Below the pieces are notes generated by a model. That model had not been told where the DNA came from. It made no database searches and saw nothing but the letters and a program-made list of their open reading frames with translations. The translations under genes and the position numbers were made by a program. A stretch of DNA of 64,000 nucleotides. Origin: Flectonema sp. DT1601 (taxonomy: Eukaryota). The DNA is taken from NCBI GenBank assembly GCA_964019425.1, contig OZ025795.1:682001-746000 (forward strand). The letters run 5' to 3'. Position 1 is the first letter of the stretch; each line of letters opens with the position of its first letter. Below are positions 1-12,189 of the stretch, piece after piece.

Positions 1-705
1 AAAGACGACACTGTCATCTATTGATTCCAAATAAGAGAAAGATGTTACTGGTGAAGGATGTGGTAGGGATACTTGAGAAGCTACTTCAGTTGTGTAATTA
101 TTTGAGGTTTCATCTTCGATATCAACTTTTTTCAGAAATGTGATTACAACGGTTCCGATATTCTCAAAGATTGTTGCGAACTGTGACAGTGCACCAGTCG
201 GACCCCATTCCATTGAAGATATTTTTTGGTTTTCATAATTCATTAGTAGGAATGGAGCTGATAGCACTGGTAGCGATAACCGATTAGAGTAGAAGTGCTT
301 TTCAAGTAGACGAATAGTACTCGTGGTTGCTACAACTAGACCACATTCTCCAGCAGAGATCGCAGTGATGATGGAAGCCGTTTCATTATCATCAGAGTCG
401 AGGATGGTTACGGATTTTGGTTCCCACATCATATCTTCCTCTACTGGTAACACATCATTCTCACTAACATCTTCTGTTGAAGGGACCCATCTTAGAATTG
501 TGTCTCGTCTGAATGCGTATAACACTTCACCCTCCCCCCAACACACACCATGTACATCCCCGCATTCTAATACTTGCAGTAGCTTTGACCCGTGATATAT
601 TGTGAGGCATCGAGATCCCAGTGCCATAGCGATCAACACATCTCCCTTGAAGTACCGGCAGCTAACATGTCGCAAGCTCGTTAGTGTGCCTATTTGTGGC
701 ACCAT
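1..705 (-). CDS. WD40/beta-propeller protein, N-terminal part (possibly Rav1/DMXL-like); runs off the left edge
   Basis: Open frame from ATG 705 to position 1 (MVPQIGTLTSLRHV...ISSMEWGPTG...SLPHPSPVTSFSY). It is missing from the ORF track because there is no stop in the window. LPHPSPVTSFS resembles the Rav1/DMXL 'HPxxVTxFSW' blade. CAG acceptor at ~722. Confidence 0.6.
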   Translation of the reverse strand, partial: MVPQIGTLTSLRHVSCRYFKGDVLIAMALGSRCLTIYHGSKLLQVLECGDVHGVCWGEGEVLYAFRRDTILRWVPSTEDVSENDVLPVEEDMMWEPKSVTILDSDDNETASIITAISAGECGLVVATTSTIRLLEKHFYSNRLSLPVLSAPFLLMNYENQKISSMEWGPTGALSQFATIFENIGTVVITFLKKVDIEDETSNNYTTEVASQVSLPHPSPVTSFSYLESIDDSVVF

Positions 706-3604
706 TTTCCCAGCGGGGGATCTGATTTAAGAAAAGTAAAAACGTAATTTCCGCTGCTACAAAGTTTCACAAAAAAAACAGGTTTCATCAGACCTCAGAT
801 ATCGGGTGGGTCAGTGGGGTTAGATGGGATTTCTCGCACCGTCGTTTTACATCTTTCAATTTTCGCCTTTCAATAATTGCTGGCAAGATAATTCAAGTGG
901 TGCACGCAGAGGAGAAGTAGAGTCCGTCTGGTGTAACCTTCTATATTTATATATATGGCTTTTTTGTTTCTGATGCCTGATAGATTCTTATCATCCGATG
1001 CAAATAATGAACTGAATCTACAGAAAGAATTGATTGCAAAGAGTTTCTCTCACTTACCGATTGCTGCGGTTATTTGATTTTCCACAATTGTTTTGGTTTC
1101 TTTTATAGCAGACATCTCTTCCGTCTTGAATCGGAATTTAGTTTGTTTGTTCTGTTTTTTTTTTTTTTTTTTTTTTTTCTTTCTTCGAAACGAAAAAATC
1201 CTTCGAATTCATAAAAATGAAAACCAAAAAAAGAAAGGTAAGGGAGGAAAAAAAAAAAAAAAAAAAAAGAAACATAAAAAATAAAATGCTGTTTGATATA
1301 ATATGCTGAGAGACCACATAAGGAACACCACACGTGAGGTGCCTCCGAGTCTTCTATTTCCGACGATTGTAATCACATTTGGGATGTTCGGATGTTTTGA
1401 GAAGTAAAACACCACTGTGGCGAATGATAAAGAAAGAGTTTAACCACCATGTCAGAAAACCTGACTCCTATTGTATCAATGATGAGGGCCTAAGTACTCT
1501 GTACATAACCTCCAAACACAAATACATCCCAGGGTGACAACCGACATCGAAGAGAATAAAAGAAAATAACAATGTCGCAACTACCGTCGTATCAAGACGC
1601 ATTATATTGTTTTCATTTACTAGTGTCAAACATACTTTGAAAAGAGCGCAAGATTCTTTAAAAAAAAAGAAAAAATAAGGGGGAAAGTGTTACAGCAAAT
1701 CCCCTTGTGCGACAGGGTAGAACGTTATGCGTAAAGGGGTTCGTTGTCCTGACTAACCAGTTTTCAAAAAATGAAATATCACAGGCGTTGTCCGTGTGAT
1801 GATTTTCTTTTTTTATTCTGATTTCTCTCAAGATGAGTCAGTCACTTTGTAGCGTGGGAGGGAAAAGAAATATTAAGACACGAGAAAAAAAAGGGGTGAA
1901 AAAATAAATAGAATCGTCACATGAATGATTAAGAGTTAATAACTAATAAAAACAGAAGGCAGAGAAGATCAACTAAACAAAAGAGAGGCGAGAGCGTACT
2001 TCCGTAACAGTTTCTTGTGTAGTTCTGTATTTTTAGGACGACCTCGAATACGAAAAGTAAAGGAAGTATGGAGCAAGTCATCGCTTCGTACTCTCACATT
2101 CAATAAATAATTATGTTCTTCTCAGATTTAACTTCAAAAAAAAGTAGATTTCACCCACGTATTCTCTAATGAGTTTGACAAAACAAAAAAAAGAATGAAA
2201 TCATAGTTTTGGCACGCACTGACAACAGCTATTGTTACTTCGGTTAGAATGGAATAAAAATAATAACAAAACAATAATAGAACAGAAGGGAAGTACCCAA
2301 CCAACCTACACCAGTAGTTCGACGAAATCAACAAAAAAAAATGTACATTCCAGCTTCCAAGCCGCAGACCTAGTTTCTAAGTCGTGGGGAACTCCGCAAT
2401 TTAACGAAGCTGAGCCAGCCATCTACAGAAAGAGTCAAATTATTATTAACCAAAGTTTTGACCTCACTACATTAAAGATTTCGGAAACTACTATTTTTGG
2501 TTCAGTTTTTCCCAAATTAAAAAAAAAAAAAAAAAAAAAGCGTGAGGAAAATTTTTTTTAAAAAAAAAAGCTGCAGCTCGCTGACAAACGAGCATCCCAA
2601 AATTCAGCCAAAAAAAACACAACACACAAAAGACTGACACAGGGCAGGAATCAGTTCGTTGTGCTTAACTATTTCCTTTACTTCTCAACATGACTAACTT
2701 GAGGCAACGTTCAACGACAATGTCTTGGAGTGCACTTAAATTAGTTATCAATAAAACATCTTTACTCCTGTGTTCTCTCATAACGATACTGAGAGGAAAA
2801 AAAAAAAAAGAGAACAAAAAGAAAATAACAAAAAGGGAGAATGAGAATGTTTGCAACATTAAACATTTCAAGATTTAAAGAAAAACAAAAAGAAGAAATA
2901 AAAAGGATTAGATCGCTGTATCTCACAATGTATAAACGTGGTCGTGGTTTAGATAAAATATAAAACTCTTGAGGAGAGGAGGGGTAACTTGATACTAATA
3001 TTAAATGGAAAGCGACCTGAAACTGGCTAAAACGAAAATAGGTTTTCGGCCAAACCTGGTTGCAATATAAGAAAATTAACAATTTGTATCAATAAAAGAG
3101 GGGGGCTCTGCAAACGATAAGATCCCCTCAACACAACACTTTTCACAGCTAGGGGGTATTGATACTAGAATTTTATCTTGGTAACTTTGAAACAAGCCCT
3201 GTTCAAAATGCTCCTCTAGTTTATATCAAATCTGTAAGAGTTCCTTTTAATAGAAGACGTAGTTAGAGGGTTCAAAGGGGAAGAAATGCACTTTCGATAA
3301 GGCATCATCCTCAGACAGAGTTGGGCAAGTAAGACTCAGGGGTTCTATTGGTGAAAATATTTCCTTTAAAAAACAAGACAAAAAAAAAAAAAAAAACTCG
3401 GAAAATTCGAAAGACAAAAAAAAAAAAAAAAAACTAAAGAATAGCAAGGGAAGTAATCTACAACCAGAGAGAGAGAGTAAACAAATTATTTGTAAATAAT
3501 ATACTCCGAGCGAACCAATAAATGAATACTCTCCCTACTACTAACGATTGTCGACTACAGCAATGATTGCTGATGAATAAAGTCACCTCGTTGGTGTTTG
3601 GATA

Positions 3605-4663
3605 TTATGGTTTTGTTTCAGCAACCGGGTCCGCGTGGTAGGCCTTCGTTCTCTGTGAAGCTGGTGGAGTTTTTGAATTACAATAAAGAGGAACAGATGA
3701 TGATCGTTTCCTTTCTTCAGAACTGGGAGGATTAATAATGTAATGAGGTAATGGATAGCTGTCATATAATTTAGGTGTTGACAACGAACTCGAACAAACA
3801 GAACTAGAAAGAGAATCTGTTTCTGACAATTCAGAAACAGATCGAATTCGAGAACCTTTTCTCTTTTGTTTACTTCTCAAAGACATATTAATTCGTCTCT
3901 CAAGTAGCTGTTCTGCTGTGATGAATAATTCCTTGCGTTCGGAAGCTACCTTGTCTAATTCATATTTTAAATACGTCTGTTCGTGTTCGCGTCTTTTTGA
4001 TTCGAGTCGGAGTTGCTCTAACATTGTTGAGAGTTCCTTCCTCTCGTCTTCGTAACTTACGATTCTCGCTTCAGCTTTATCATTTCCTTCTTGGAGTCTA
4101 CTTATTTCTGAAGCAAGTTTTGAAATAGTCTCGTCCGTGACGAGAGAGGTTTTTGCGTTTTTCATTTGCTCACCAAGTCTCTTCAACAGAACACCTCTTG
4201 ATCGATGAAGTTTTGTTTGTAATGTCGTCTTCTCTTCGCTGAGCTTTAGTAGTTGGAGTTGGAGTTTATTAACAATTAGTTCTTGCTCTTGTTCGAGTCT
4301 GTTTTCGATGTCAATCTTTTCTCTTTTTAAAGAATCTAATTTTCCAGAAAGAGTTGTCGCAATGGATTCTTCTTTGTCAGCCTGTTGTAGAAGTTGTTTC
4401 TTCTCTTTCTGAAGAGAGTCTAGTCTTTTGGTTAAATTATTAGTGATGTGTTCCTCTTCATTTTCAACGTTTCGGTGTAGTATGCCAGTCAGTTCCTTAA
4501 CCTCAGCTACCTCTCTGTCCCTCTTTTGCAGTCCTGCTTCTAACTTCTTAGTAGCTGTTTCAGTTTCTGCTATTTGTCGAAGTTTTTCTTCCTTTTTCTC
4601 TTTCGCTGCTGCAATCTTTGCCTTCAACTCTGCAAGTCGCGCTGTCTCTTCTGGCGTTGTCAT
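3605..4663 (-). CDS. CCDC6/DUF2046-like coiled-coil protein
   Basis: 352 aa ORF with EEEHITNNLTKRLDSLQKEK and LEQEQELIVNKLQLQL repeats typical of the CCDC6 family; Ser-rich tail. Confidence 0.75.
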   Translation of the reverse strand: MTTPEETARLAELKAKIAAAKEKKEEKLRQIAETETATKKLEAGLQKRDREVAEVKELTGILHRNVENEEEHITNNLTKRLDSLQKEKKQLLQQADKEESIATTLSGKLDSLKREKIDIENRLEQEQELIVNKLQLQLLKLSEEKTTLQTKLHRSRGVLLKRLGEQMKNAKTSLVTDETISKLASEISRLQEGNDKAEARIVSYEDERKELSTMLEQLRLESKRREHEQTYLKYELDKVASERKELFITAEQLLERRINMSLRSKQKRKGSRIRSVSELSETDSLSSSVCSSSLSTPKLYDSYPLPHYIINPPSSEERKRSSSVPLYCNSKTPPASQRTKAYHADPVAETKP

Positions 4664-4936
4664 AGTTTGGTGTGTTAGGCTTCTGGAGTGGATATTAAAG
4701 TAAAGTAATTATTAATTAAGAACATATTACTATCTCTTAATCATATTTTGACTGATGACTGAGTAAGAATAGAACGAAAGACTATTTGAAATCAATCGAA
4801 GAGAAGTCTGCTGTTCTCTGTCAACATGTCAATCAATTAGTTGTAACAAATGACTCTCTGAACTGTTTTATGAAGTCACTCAAGGATGTCAAAGAACATC
4901 TAATGTCAGGTACCAAAACTATCATCGTTATGGTGT

Positions 4937-5594
4937 TCAGACACGTCGAAATTTCGGCATCACTTTATACGCAAACTCGAGGGTAAAAACTCTCTTTTCT
5001 CTATCCCACGTGTTGAAGAATGATTGACCTTCTTCAATTTCATCAGCAGGAATCTTAAAGCAAATCGACTGATAAGGATCTGCAGCAAAGATGAGGTATT
5101 GGAACGAGTTGTTAGGAGCTTCCTTCTTTTGCTCGAAGGTAGACATAATTCTGTACCGAGGTTTAATACCTTCAGAGATGTCTGGGTAATGGATCACGAA
5201 GTTTAGAATTCTTTGACCAGTTGCCGGATCTCTCTTTTTCTGATATTTATATGCCGGATTTCCAATCTTTCTGGTTGTTCTTTGAATCTGAATTCGTTTT
5301 TTCTGCGGAGCGATAGCCAACTTCTTCGCAGATTCGTTCTTTCTAATTAAATTCATTTGATGTCTCTTTCCTTGTTTGTGAGCCATGTAGTTTCCTTCTG
5401 TTGTATGTGTAGTAAAGCATAATCTGCATTCTATGTGTCCGAGAGCATTTTTAAAAAACCACTTGTCTTCGGCAAGCTCCTCCGGCTGTGTTGAGTTTTT
5501 TCTTTTTTTTTTAAAATTATTTTTGATACAAAAATAGAAAAAAAATAACTAAAAGTTAACATACGTTGAATGGGAGTTCCTTCATTTCTCTCAT
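4937..5594 (-). CDS. SF3A2: Splicing factor 3A subunit 2 (SF3a66/Prp11)
   Basis: Exon 1 5594-5565 (MREMKELPFN), intron 5486-5564 (GTATGT...CAG), exon 2 with U1-type zinc finger FFKNALGHIECRLCFTTHTTEGNYMAHKQGKRH and the SF3A2 domain (KIGNPAYK, PRYRIMSTFEQ, QYLIFAADPYQSICFKIP). Confidence 0.93.
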
Positions 5595-7715
5595 TGTTGT
5601 GGTTTTGGTTTGTTTCTTATAATTTCTGAGGAGGGGGTGATGAGACTAAAAACATCATTTTTAGCGAAATCATAAGGAGTCTCTTGTCATCTTTTTCGAC
5701 ATAATTACTTCTGATAATAAAGAAATATATAAATTTATACGAACTCAACACAACAGTTTTTTGAAAAACTTTTTCTATGAGTTGCTTTTGCTGCTCGGGA
5801 AAACTTGACAGAAAAAAAAATAGGAAGAAAAAAAAAAAACCTCAGGCCTTAAACAGGGCCAGGGATGCAACCTCCCAATGCTTCATTTTGATTATGTTTC
5901 TGATTTGACAATTTGATACTTCTAAAGAGTACCAAAGAAAGGGGAAAAAAAAAAAAAAGGAAAAAAAAAAAAGTCACTCCACCCCTGTCGTTAGCTAACT
6001 CTCACTAAGTTGTTCAAACTAACTGCATGCCTGTGGTTGACAAATATATTGTTGTGAATTAGAAGATTCATCTCTAGTCAACGTAGAGCTCTCTTTCCTC
6101 TAACGCTCTCCAACTGCACTACCGCATGGTACTGACTTTAGTGTTTGCGCTCTAACAAACTGCTTTTAAAAAAACCATAAAAAATGGAACGTAAAAAAAA
6201 AAAAAAGGAACACAAAAAAAAACGAAAATTAAATTTTTTTTTTTTTTAATGGAACACAAAACCCTTATTACAGGAAAAGGGTTCGGGAAGGGAGAGGAAT
6301 ACCCTTACTGTGTGACTGCTAGTGAGAATGTGTCATTAGTAAGGAAAAAGTTTAAAGAGAGAGGAAAACAAGAATAAGACTGGCTTCAAGATTACAGGTT
6401 AGGCTGGGTTACCAACCACTGTTATTACCGTACTCCTGATGGCTTACCTTTCCTGCAAGAAAAGAAAAAAAAAAGAAAAAAAATTTATATATTTTTGTTG
6501 TGTTTTGCTTTTGCTTTTTTTTTTTTTTTTTTTTTTTTTCCCCAGCATGCTGATATGTGATAACAGCACAACCAACAAAGGGTGGCAAAGATTAAAATAA
6601 AATGAAAAAAAAGAAAAAAAGGAAAATAAAAAAAAAACAGCAGATATCTATCGCAGCGGCTTACTAGCCACCACAGATTCTTATTTTCGTTCTTAGTTCT
6701 CTCTAAGGTTTAATAGTGGTTAGTCTTTTATGCATTGTTTTTTTGTGAAAGGGTGCGACAAAGACCATCTTTTTTTTCAAAAAAAAGAATACAATTACGA
6801 CGAGGCACAAATACTATAAAACAATATTAAAATTAAATAAGAGAATTCGAAAGATTCCCCCCCCCCCCTCCTCTTCTTCTCTTTGAACAATCGCTGCTGA
6901 CAACATCTCAACAGCTGACCTCAGTAGTAATGTTGAAGACTACTTAGTGAACACCCGACTAGTAACTGCCTCTTCAATTTAAATACGCAACAAGAAATAT
7001 ATTTAACGACTGTGAGGACTTTTGTTCTATTTGGTTACCAGACTGCACCCAATAAAAAAATAGAAAAAAAAATAAAATCAAAGAAGAACTACACAAAACA
7101 AAAAAAAATTCGCAACTATTGTATCCCTGAAGTGAATCTATTTTCTAACATTATTTATGTGTTTTTTTTTTTTTTTTTTTTAGAATTTGGGCAACTCTGT
7201 GCGGCAAAACACTTAAAATCCCCAAAAAGAATCAAATCATTGCGCACAAGAAAACTATTTTCTACTAATACCACACAACTCATCATTTCGCTTAAGCAGC
7301 TTAAACAAATAAAATGGGAACAAGTATCCAGTCTCTCCTCTGTGCATTATACAAACTTCTCTTTGCTAAGATTACTATGCACAGGATGATCTTTTCTTAT
7401 GGTTTGTAACACACTATGGGAATGTGTGAACAGAATTATGATAATTGAAAAGAGTTGTCCAAAGTTAGCTACCTTCACTAACAAATAGACAATTAGAAAA
7501 GAGAAATAAGAAAAATAATAATAAGAATTATTTAATTTTTTTTTTTTTTTTTTTACACAAGGATTTGAATATCACTTTTTTGAAGCCTTCTTTAAGATAA
7601 ATTTATAAAAGAAAAAAATAGGAAAACAATCGTTTACATTAACCTGAAAGCTCTTTTAACTGATTAGCGCTGATGACTTAATTGAGATGACGAGCAGAGT
7701 TCTCTAGTCATCACT

Positions 7716-9230
7716 TCAGTCTCCGATGTCATCAAGTGACTGAAACTCAAATCCATAAACAGCAGACCATCGTTGAATTACAGTTGTGATGTCTTGAGGG
7801 AATTCTCCGCAGTTAGTCATTTGCTCAATAGTTACAAAGTTGGCAATGGTTGGATCACCAACATTGCAGGTAGTCTTTCTATTCGTAGGTGAATAAGCAT
7901 GGCAACTCATTGTAATTACACCGTAGGGATGAATACCTCCTCCACCACCAACACCCCCACAGTAATTATCAAATGCAACTGGTGTGAACTTTCTGGTTAC
8001 ACAACTACGGATGTCGTTGCAAACTTCGCGGCCTAGTTCATGTCGTAGGAGGGTCCAAATACCCATTCCGCGAACACTTTTAATTGAAAGTTCCAATGTG
8101 TTTTGAGTAAGTAGCCCGCAGTCTAATGCTGCTCTCTTTACAGACTTGTAACGTTCTGGTAACTTTAGATATTTATTTGTTAAATTATTCGTGATCGGAT
8201 GTCTGATTCCGAGAAAGCGTTCCGAATGTGTGAGAAGACCAATTCTGGTAACGACGGTATCACTTGCTGCTGACAAAAGAAAATCCACCACCTTCTCACA
8301 GCAAGAAGTTAACTTGATTGGAACTGTAACTGATGTTGCTTCCCAATGTGTGTGAATCCACCATGGAAGAGGGAGTCCTTTCCATAGTACTTCTGGGGTA
8401 AAGGGTTGAGGATCATTTTGTAAGATTGTACCTAAAATAATACCCATACCAGCTATCAATAATCCTCCAACAGATGCTGTGTAACTGTTGTCTGCCATCT
8501 TAGCGCAGTCACCAACGTCGACAAAAACATACTTAGCGAGGCTGTAATCCAACTCTTTATTGAGTCCTTCCTCAACACCACTTATTATAATATTACCCAT
8601 CCAAAGATCTTGATGAACGATTCCTTTCTCACAAAGTTCTTGTGAAGCAGACAGAGATCCATTAATGACTTGTTTTATTTGAGTTAAATAGATTTCGTGT
8701 TGAGTATCGCGATAGGCTGCAGAGAGCTCCTCCAGAAGCTGAGAGCAGATGACACCTTCTACTTTGTGATAGAGAAGGGCTGTGTCACAACCAGAAGGAA
8801 CTTTTCTGTATACAGTTGATGACTGATATGTTGCGTAAGGTCTTGGTACAATGTGTGGGCAAACTTCGTGAAGATGGAGGAGAATCGAAACTTCCAATGC
8901 AGACGTTGCTTTTAACACCAACTTCTTAGTTAGCAACACAGTCTCTGATACGATTTCAACACATCCACCACCTAATTGTTCATCGTGTAGTAATTCTGAT
9001 ACCCAAGGTTTTACGTTTTCTACTATTGATTCTTCAGTGTTACACATTCTAGGTTGAGTATGTTGTACTAAAATATCTATGTTATCATATGTTGTTTCTC
9101 TTGCTCCACACAATACTGCAGTCGGAAGCTCAAACTCTAAAAATTGTTCTTCTGGTGATGTGAATCTCGTTCTCTCATGCGACTTCATCCTCGAAATTCT
9201 AAATTCCGGATGCATTACCGCAACACCCAT
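7716..9230 (-). CDS. Divergent protein kinase-like protein
   Basis: 504 aa intronless ORF with VLK..E, catalytic-loop-like HQDLWMGNII and FVDVG (DFG-like) motifs; acceptor TTTTCAG 7 nt upstream of the ATG. Confidence 0.6.
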   Translation of the reverse strand: MGVAVMHPEFRISRMKSHERTRFTSPEEQFLEFELPTAVLCGARETTYDNIDILVQHTQPRMCNTEESIVENVKPWVSELLHDEQLGGGCVEIVSETVLLTKKLVLKATSALEVSILLHLHEVCPHIVPRPYATYQSSTVYRKVPSGCDTALLYHKVEGVICSQLLEELSAAYRDTQHEIYLTQIKQVINGSLSASQELCEKGIVHQDLWMGNIIISGVEEGLNKELDYSLAKYVFVDVGDCAKMADNSYTASVGGLLIAGMGIILGTILQNDPQPFTPEVLWKGLPLPWWIHTHWEATSVTVPIKLTSCCEKVVDFLLSAASDTVVTRIGLLTHSERFLGIRHPITNNLTNKYLKLPERYKSVKRAALDCGLLTQNTLELSIKSVRGMGIWTLLRHELGREVCNDIRSCVTRKFTPVAFDNYCGGVGGGGGIHPYGVITMSCHAYSPTNRKTTCNVGDPTIANFVTIEQMTNCGEFPQDITTVIQRWSAVYGFEFQSLDDIGD

Positions 9231-9617
9231 TGATTTCCTGAAAAGTCAACAAAGATACGACAAACACAACAAATAATAATAAATAAAAAAAAAAAAAATA
9301 CTGCGTGACCTCTACCATTGGTTTTGACCTAAATTAAATAAAAAAAACAAACAGAATTTCTAAATAATAATAAAAAACAATTCAACTATAAAATTACTGA
9401 AAAATCGCATCGAAGTATTTGTGAATGAGCTCTCAGCAGGCAAGAGGGAGGAAACCATCAGGTGTGGTGTGTGGAATATTAACAAAATAGTTTGATGGTC
9501 TGAGTTGCGTTGACTCATCGTTTCCTTTTATAAATAACTTCAAATGTGTAATCGTTCGATACGATAATCGCTTGTTGGGTTGATTCCGTTGATCAGAGAA
9601 AGGATCTCTCAATTAAT

Positions 9618-11324
9618 TTAAGGAACTGATGGAGTGACGTCGTTACTTTCACTCAACTGTTGTTTTTGTTTAACAGAACTGTTACTTAAAGTTTTATATC
9701 GAAGGTATTGCTCAGGTTTGTAAAATTGTCGATCACTTGCAAGACGAAGGTATTGAACCTGAACATGAGAAGCAGTCCAACCGATTACTTCATAAGATAA
9801 AGATGTTGGTCCTACAATTAACTCATCAGTTGTAGGAAGTGGTCTGACTGTTGATATTTTACATCGAAGAGCTGACTCTGCTCCTCCAACAATTGAAGTA
9901 GCAGACCAGATAATTGAATTATCTTTTAAAGATGCTGTTTGTGTATCATGAGATCTGGTTGGTTTTATAACACCAAATTCAAAACCAGCTGAAGAACTTC
10001 CCTGCAACACATCCAACACTACTGTAGCTGATTTACATGTTGAAGTTGATGGGAACTCAGCTCTGAGTTTTATTAAAACTTCATAACAAAAAGCTGACAC
10101 TACATGAACATGATGAAATACTTTAAAAGGATTTCTTATATTATCAGTACTTCGATATGTCATAATACGTGTCTCTCCTTCAGGTGCTCTCAGAGTGATG
10201 GATCTGAAAGCTTCCCATTCTGTTGTAAAGACTTCTCTGTGGAGACAACACTGTTTTAATCTAACGCAGTGCTGTGCTGAAATAGGTGAATTGTCTAACT
10301 CTTCAATGTGAAGGTTATTAGACAGAGCTATCTCTACTTTTGGTTTCCCAGGAATGAAGTTCCTCAGACAAAGTCTACCCGTGAGCTCTATTCGAATCAC
10401 GTCGTGATTAGAACTCCACAAAACTGATACTTCTTCTGTGAGATCGAGGAACATTTTATTATTTTGTTGAGAAATACCAGCTCTTGAATCCATCACAATC
10501 TTCTTACTTTTAATATCTGAACTCTGAAGTAAGTCAGATGGCATTCCAGTAGCAAGAGCAGTTGCTACAGGAACAACCTTATTAACAATATTTGATAGAC
10601 CTGTTGCATCAGCTATCTTTGGAACAGGTGTGTAAGATAGAGCTGTCCCACCTAACCACATTGAATAACTGACTGCTGATTTAGCTATTCCCTTTAGTGA
10701 GATGTCAGTCTCTTCATAATCAGATGTGTGAATATCATCAAACGTTATCGGCTTCTCTTCAACGAGTGTTTTTAAATTTGATGTGCTGGTTGTTTGGATG
10801 ACACCATCGTCTATCATTTCAGAGAGTATTTCACAAACCAGATATTGATTTAGTTGTAAGTTACACTCTGATACCTCTCCCAAGAAGTCTCCAAGTGTTG
10901 AAAATACCGAATAGAGAAACTCAAAAGCCAACGACGGAGATAAATTCTGTCTACTACAAACAGTAAATATCATCGATTCCCTAATTATGTATAAATAATG
11001 TTTGTTACGAAGGGTGATCATTGGTGGTTGTTGATTTTGTTGCAATTGATCTCTAGAGCATCGGATATTACTGTTGGCCCACCAATCATAGAATAAGTCT
11101 GCGTCTTTAACGTTGTGATATTGTTGTTGATAAACCATTTCTACAATCATATCTCCTCTCCCATTCATTATAAATAAACTACTAATCCTACTCGCATTAC
11201 GATATAGTAATGGAGCACAGAACACTGACGACTCCTGGCCATCAGATGACTCCTCATCATCATCACTGAGTATGTCTTTCTTACTTTCGGTGTCAATACT
11301 CTCCGCTTTGTAGTGCTGTGACAT
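9618..11324 (-). CDS. Adaptor protein complex medium (mu) subunit, AP-4 mu-like, divergent
   Basis: Longin-like N-terminus (ISSLFIMNGRGDMIV; LVCEILSEMIDDG) and mu-homology domain (NKMFLDLTEEV, ITLRAPEGETRIMTYR, SHVQVQYLRL, YLRYKT). Confidence 0.85.
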   Translation of the reverse strand: MSQHYKAESIDTESKKDILSDDDEESSDGQESSVFCAPLLYRNASRISSLFIMNGRGDMIVEMVYQQQYHNVKDADLFYDWWANSNIRCSRDQLQQNQQPPMITLRNKHYLYIIRESMIFTVCSRQNLSPSLAFEFLYSVFSTLGDFLGEVSECNLQLNQYLVCEILSEMIDDGVIQTTSTSNLKTLVEEKPITFDDIHTSDYEETDISLKGIAKSAVSYSMWLGGTALSYTPVPKIADATGLSNIVNKVVPVATALATGMPSDLLQSSDIKSKKIVMDSRAGISQQNNKMFLDLTEEVSVLWSSNHDVIRIELTGRLCLRNFIPGKPKVEIALSNNLHIEELDNSPISAQHCVRLKQCCLHREVFTTEWEAFRSITLRAPEGETRIMTYRSTDNIRNPFKVFHHVHVVSAFCYEVLIKLRAEFPSTSTCKSATVVLDVLQGSSSAGFEFGVIKPTRSHDTQTASLKDNSIIWSATSIVGGAESALRCKISTVRPLPTTDELIVGPTSLSYEVIGWTASHVQVQYLRLASDRQFYKPEQYLRYKTLSNSSVKQKQQLSESNDVTPSVP

Positions 11325-11447
11325 ATTATTTATGTAATTGTAGCACCTGAAAAGTTTAAGTGCTAAAATTCTTTGTTATCTTGTAAACCTAATTCATCCA
11401 ATGACTCAGAATGTTCCATAAAGTCACTATTAAACAAAAGTATCTTC

Positions 11448-11619
11448 GATACCAGAGTGTACTACTGATACCAGAGTGTACTACTGATACCAGAGTGTAC
11501 TACTGATACCAGAGTGTACTACTGATACCAGAGTGTACTACTGATACAGAGTGTACTACTGATACCAGAGTGTACTACTGATACCAGAGTGTACTACTGA
11601 TACAGAGTGTACTACTGAT
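11448..11619. repeat. 19-bp minisatellite (GATACCAGAGTGTACTACT) x9
   Basis: Units start at 11448, 11467, 11486, 11505, 11524, 11543, 11561, 11580, 11599; the units at 11543 and 11599 are 18 bp (one C lost). No spacers. Intergenic. Confidence 0.95.
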
Positions 11620-12189
11620 GCCACCCAAACTCTTTCAAAATGTCCAACTGATGGATCCACCAAACTAATGCTTTGCAATATCCAAAACGATGGCAAACTG
11701 TCCGAAGGACATGCAACGTTACTGTGATTGTGACAGGTATTTCATAGCTGATTAAAGATGCCTTTCATTCCATTCTGTACATTCTCCCGTTGTGAGAACA
11801 CCGAACTTCTTACATAAATAACTGATTAAAGTTAATCAAAGCTTCAATTGTCTCTCAGAATCTTTGTAGCGCAAGATGCCGAAAGGTCAAAACCTGATTG
11901 GCGAGTTGATTCCTCAATTTCAACAAAGGTCATTCACACCTGGAAAAAGGAACAAAAAAATTATTTTAAAAAGTTATTACTGAAAAACCTTTACAGAACT
12001 CTTTGCTTGACTCATTTGATTTTTTCTTTTTTTTCTTTTTCTTTTTATCGTCGGTATCAGTTGGATTCAAACACTAAGTTGTTTTTTCTTTTTTTTTTTT
12101 TTTCTCTCAAAAGTGAATTTCTCAGTCTACTTAAACTGATCGGGAAGTATTCATAACCAGATCTTAATTGTCGGTAGTAGAACACTTCT

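Noticed and set aside
857..1152. Possible small spliced gene (MSAIKETK..., GTAAGT donor near 1057)
   Set aside because: Could not build a convincing multi-exon frame; yields only a ~47-aa product without motifs.
1696..1744. Imperfect hairpin (CCCCTT/AAGGGG) in a long intergenic/UTR region
   Set aside because: No correctly spaced AGA/ACA box and no identifiable target; insufficient support.
1093..3447. Poly-F/poly-K ORFs here and in other long intergenic regions (7012-7389, 18595-19326, 54851-55606)
   Set aside because: Translations of homopolymer A/T tracts in probable UTRs.
7672..7718. Hairpin TGATGACT...AGTCATCA just after a TGA stop (SECIS or readthrough?)
   Set aside because: Lacks SECIS geometry, and a TAG follows four codons later.
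11448..11619. CRISPR-like short repeats
   Set aside because: No unique spacers, no cas genes, eukaryotic context.
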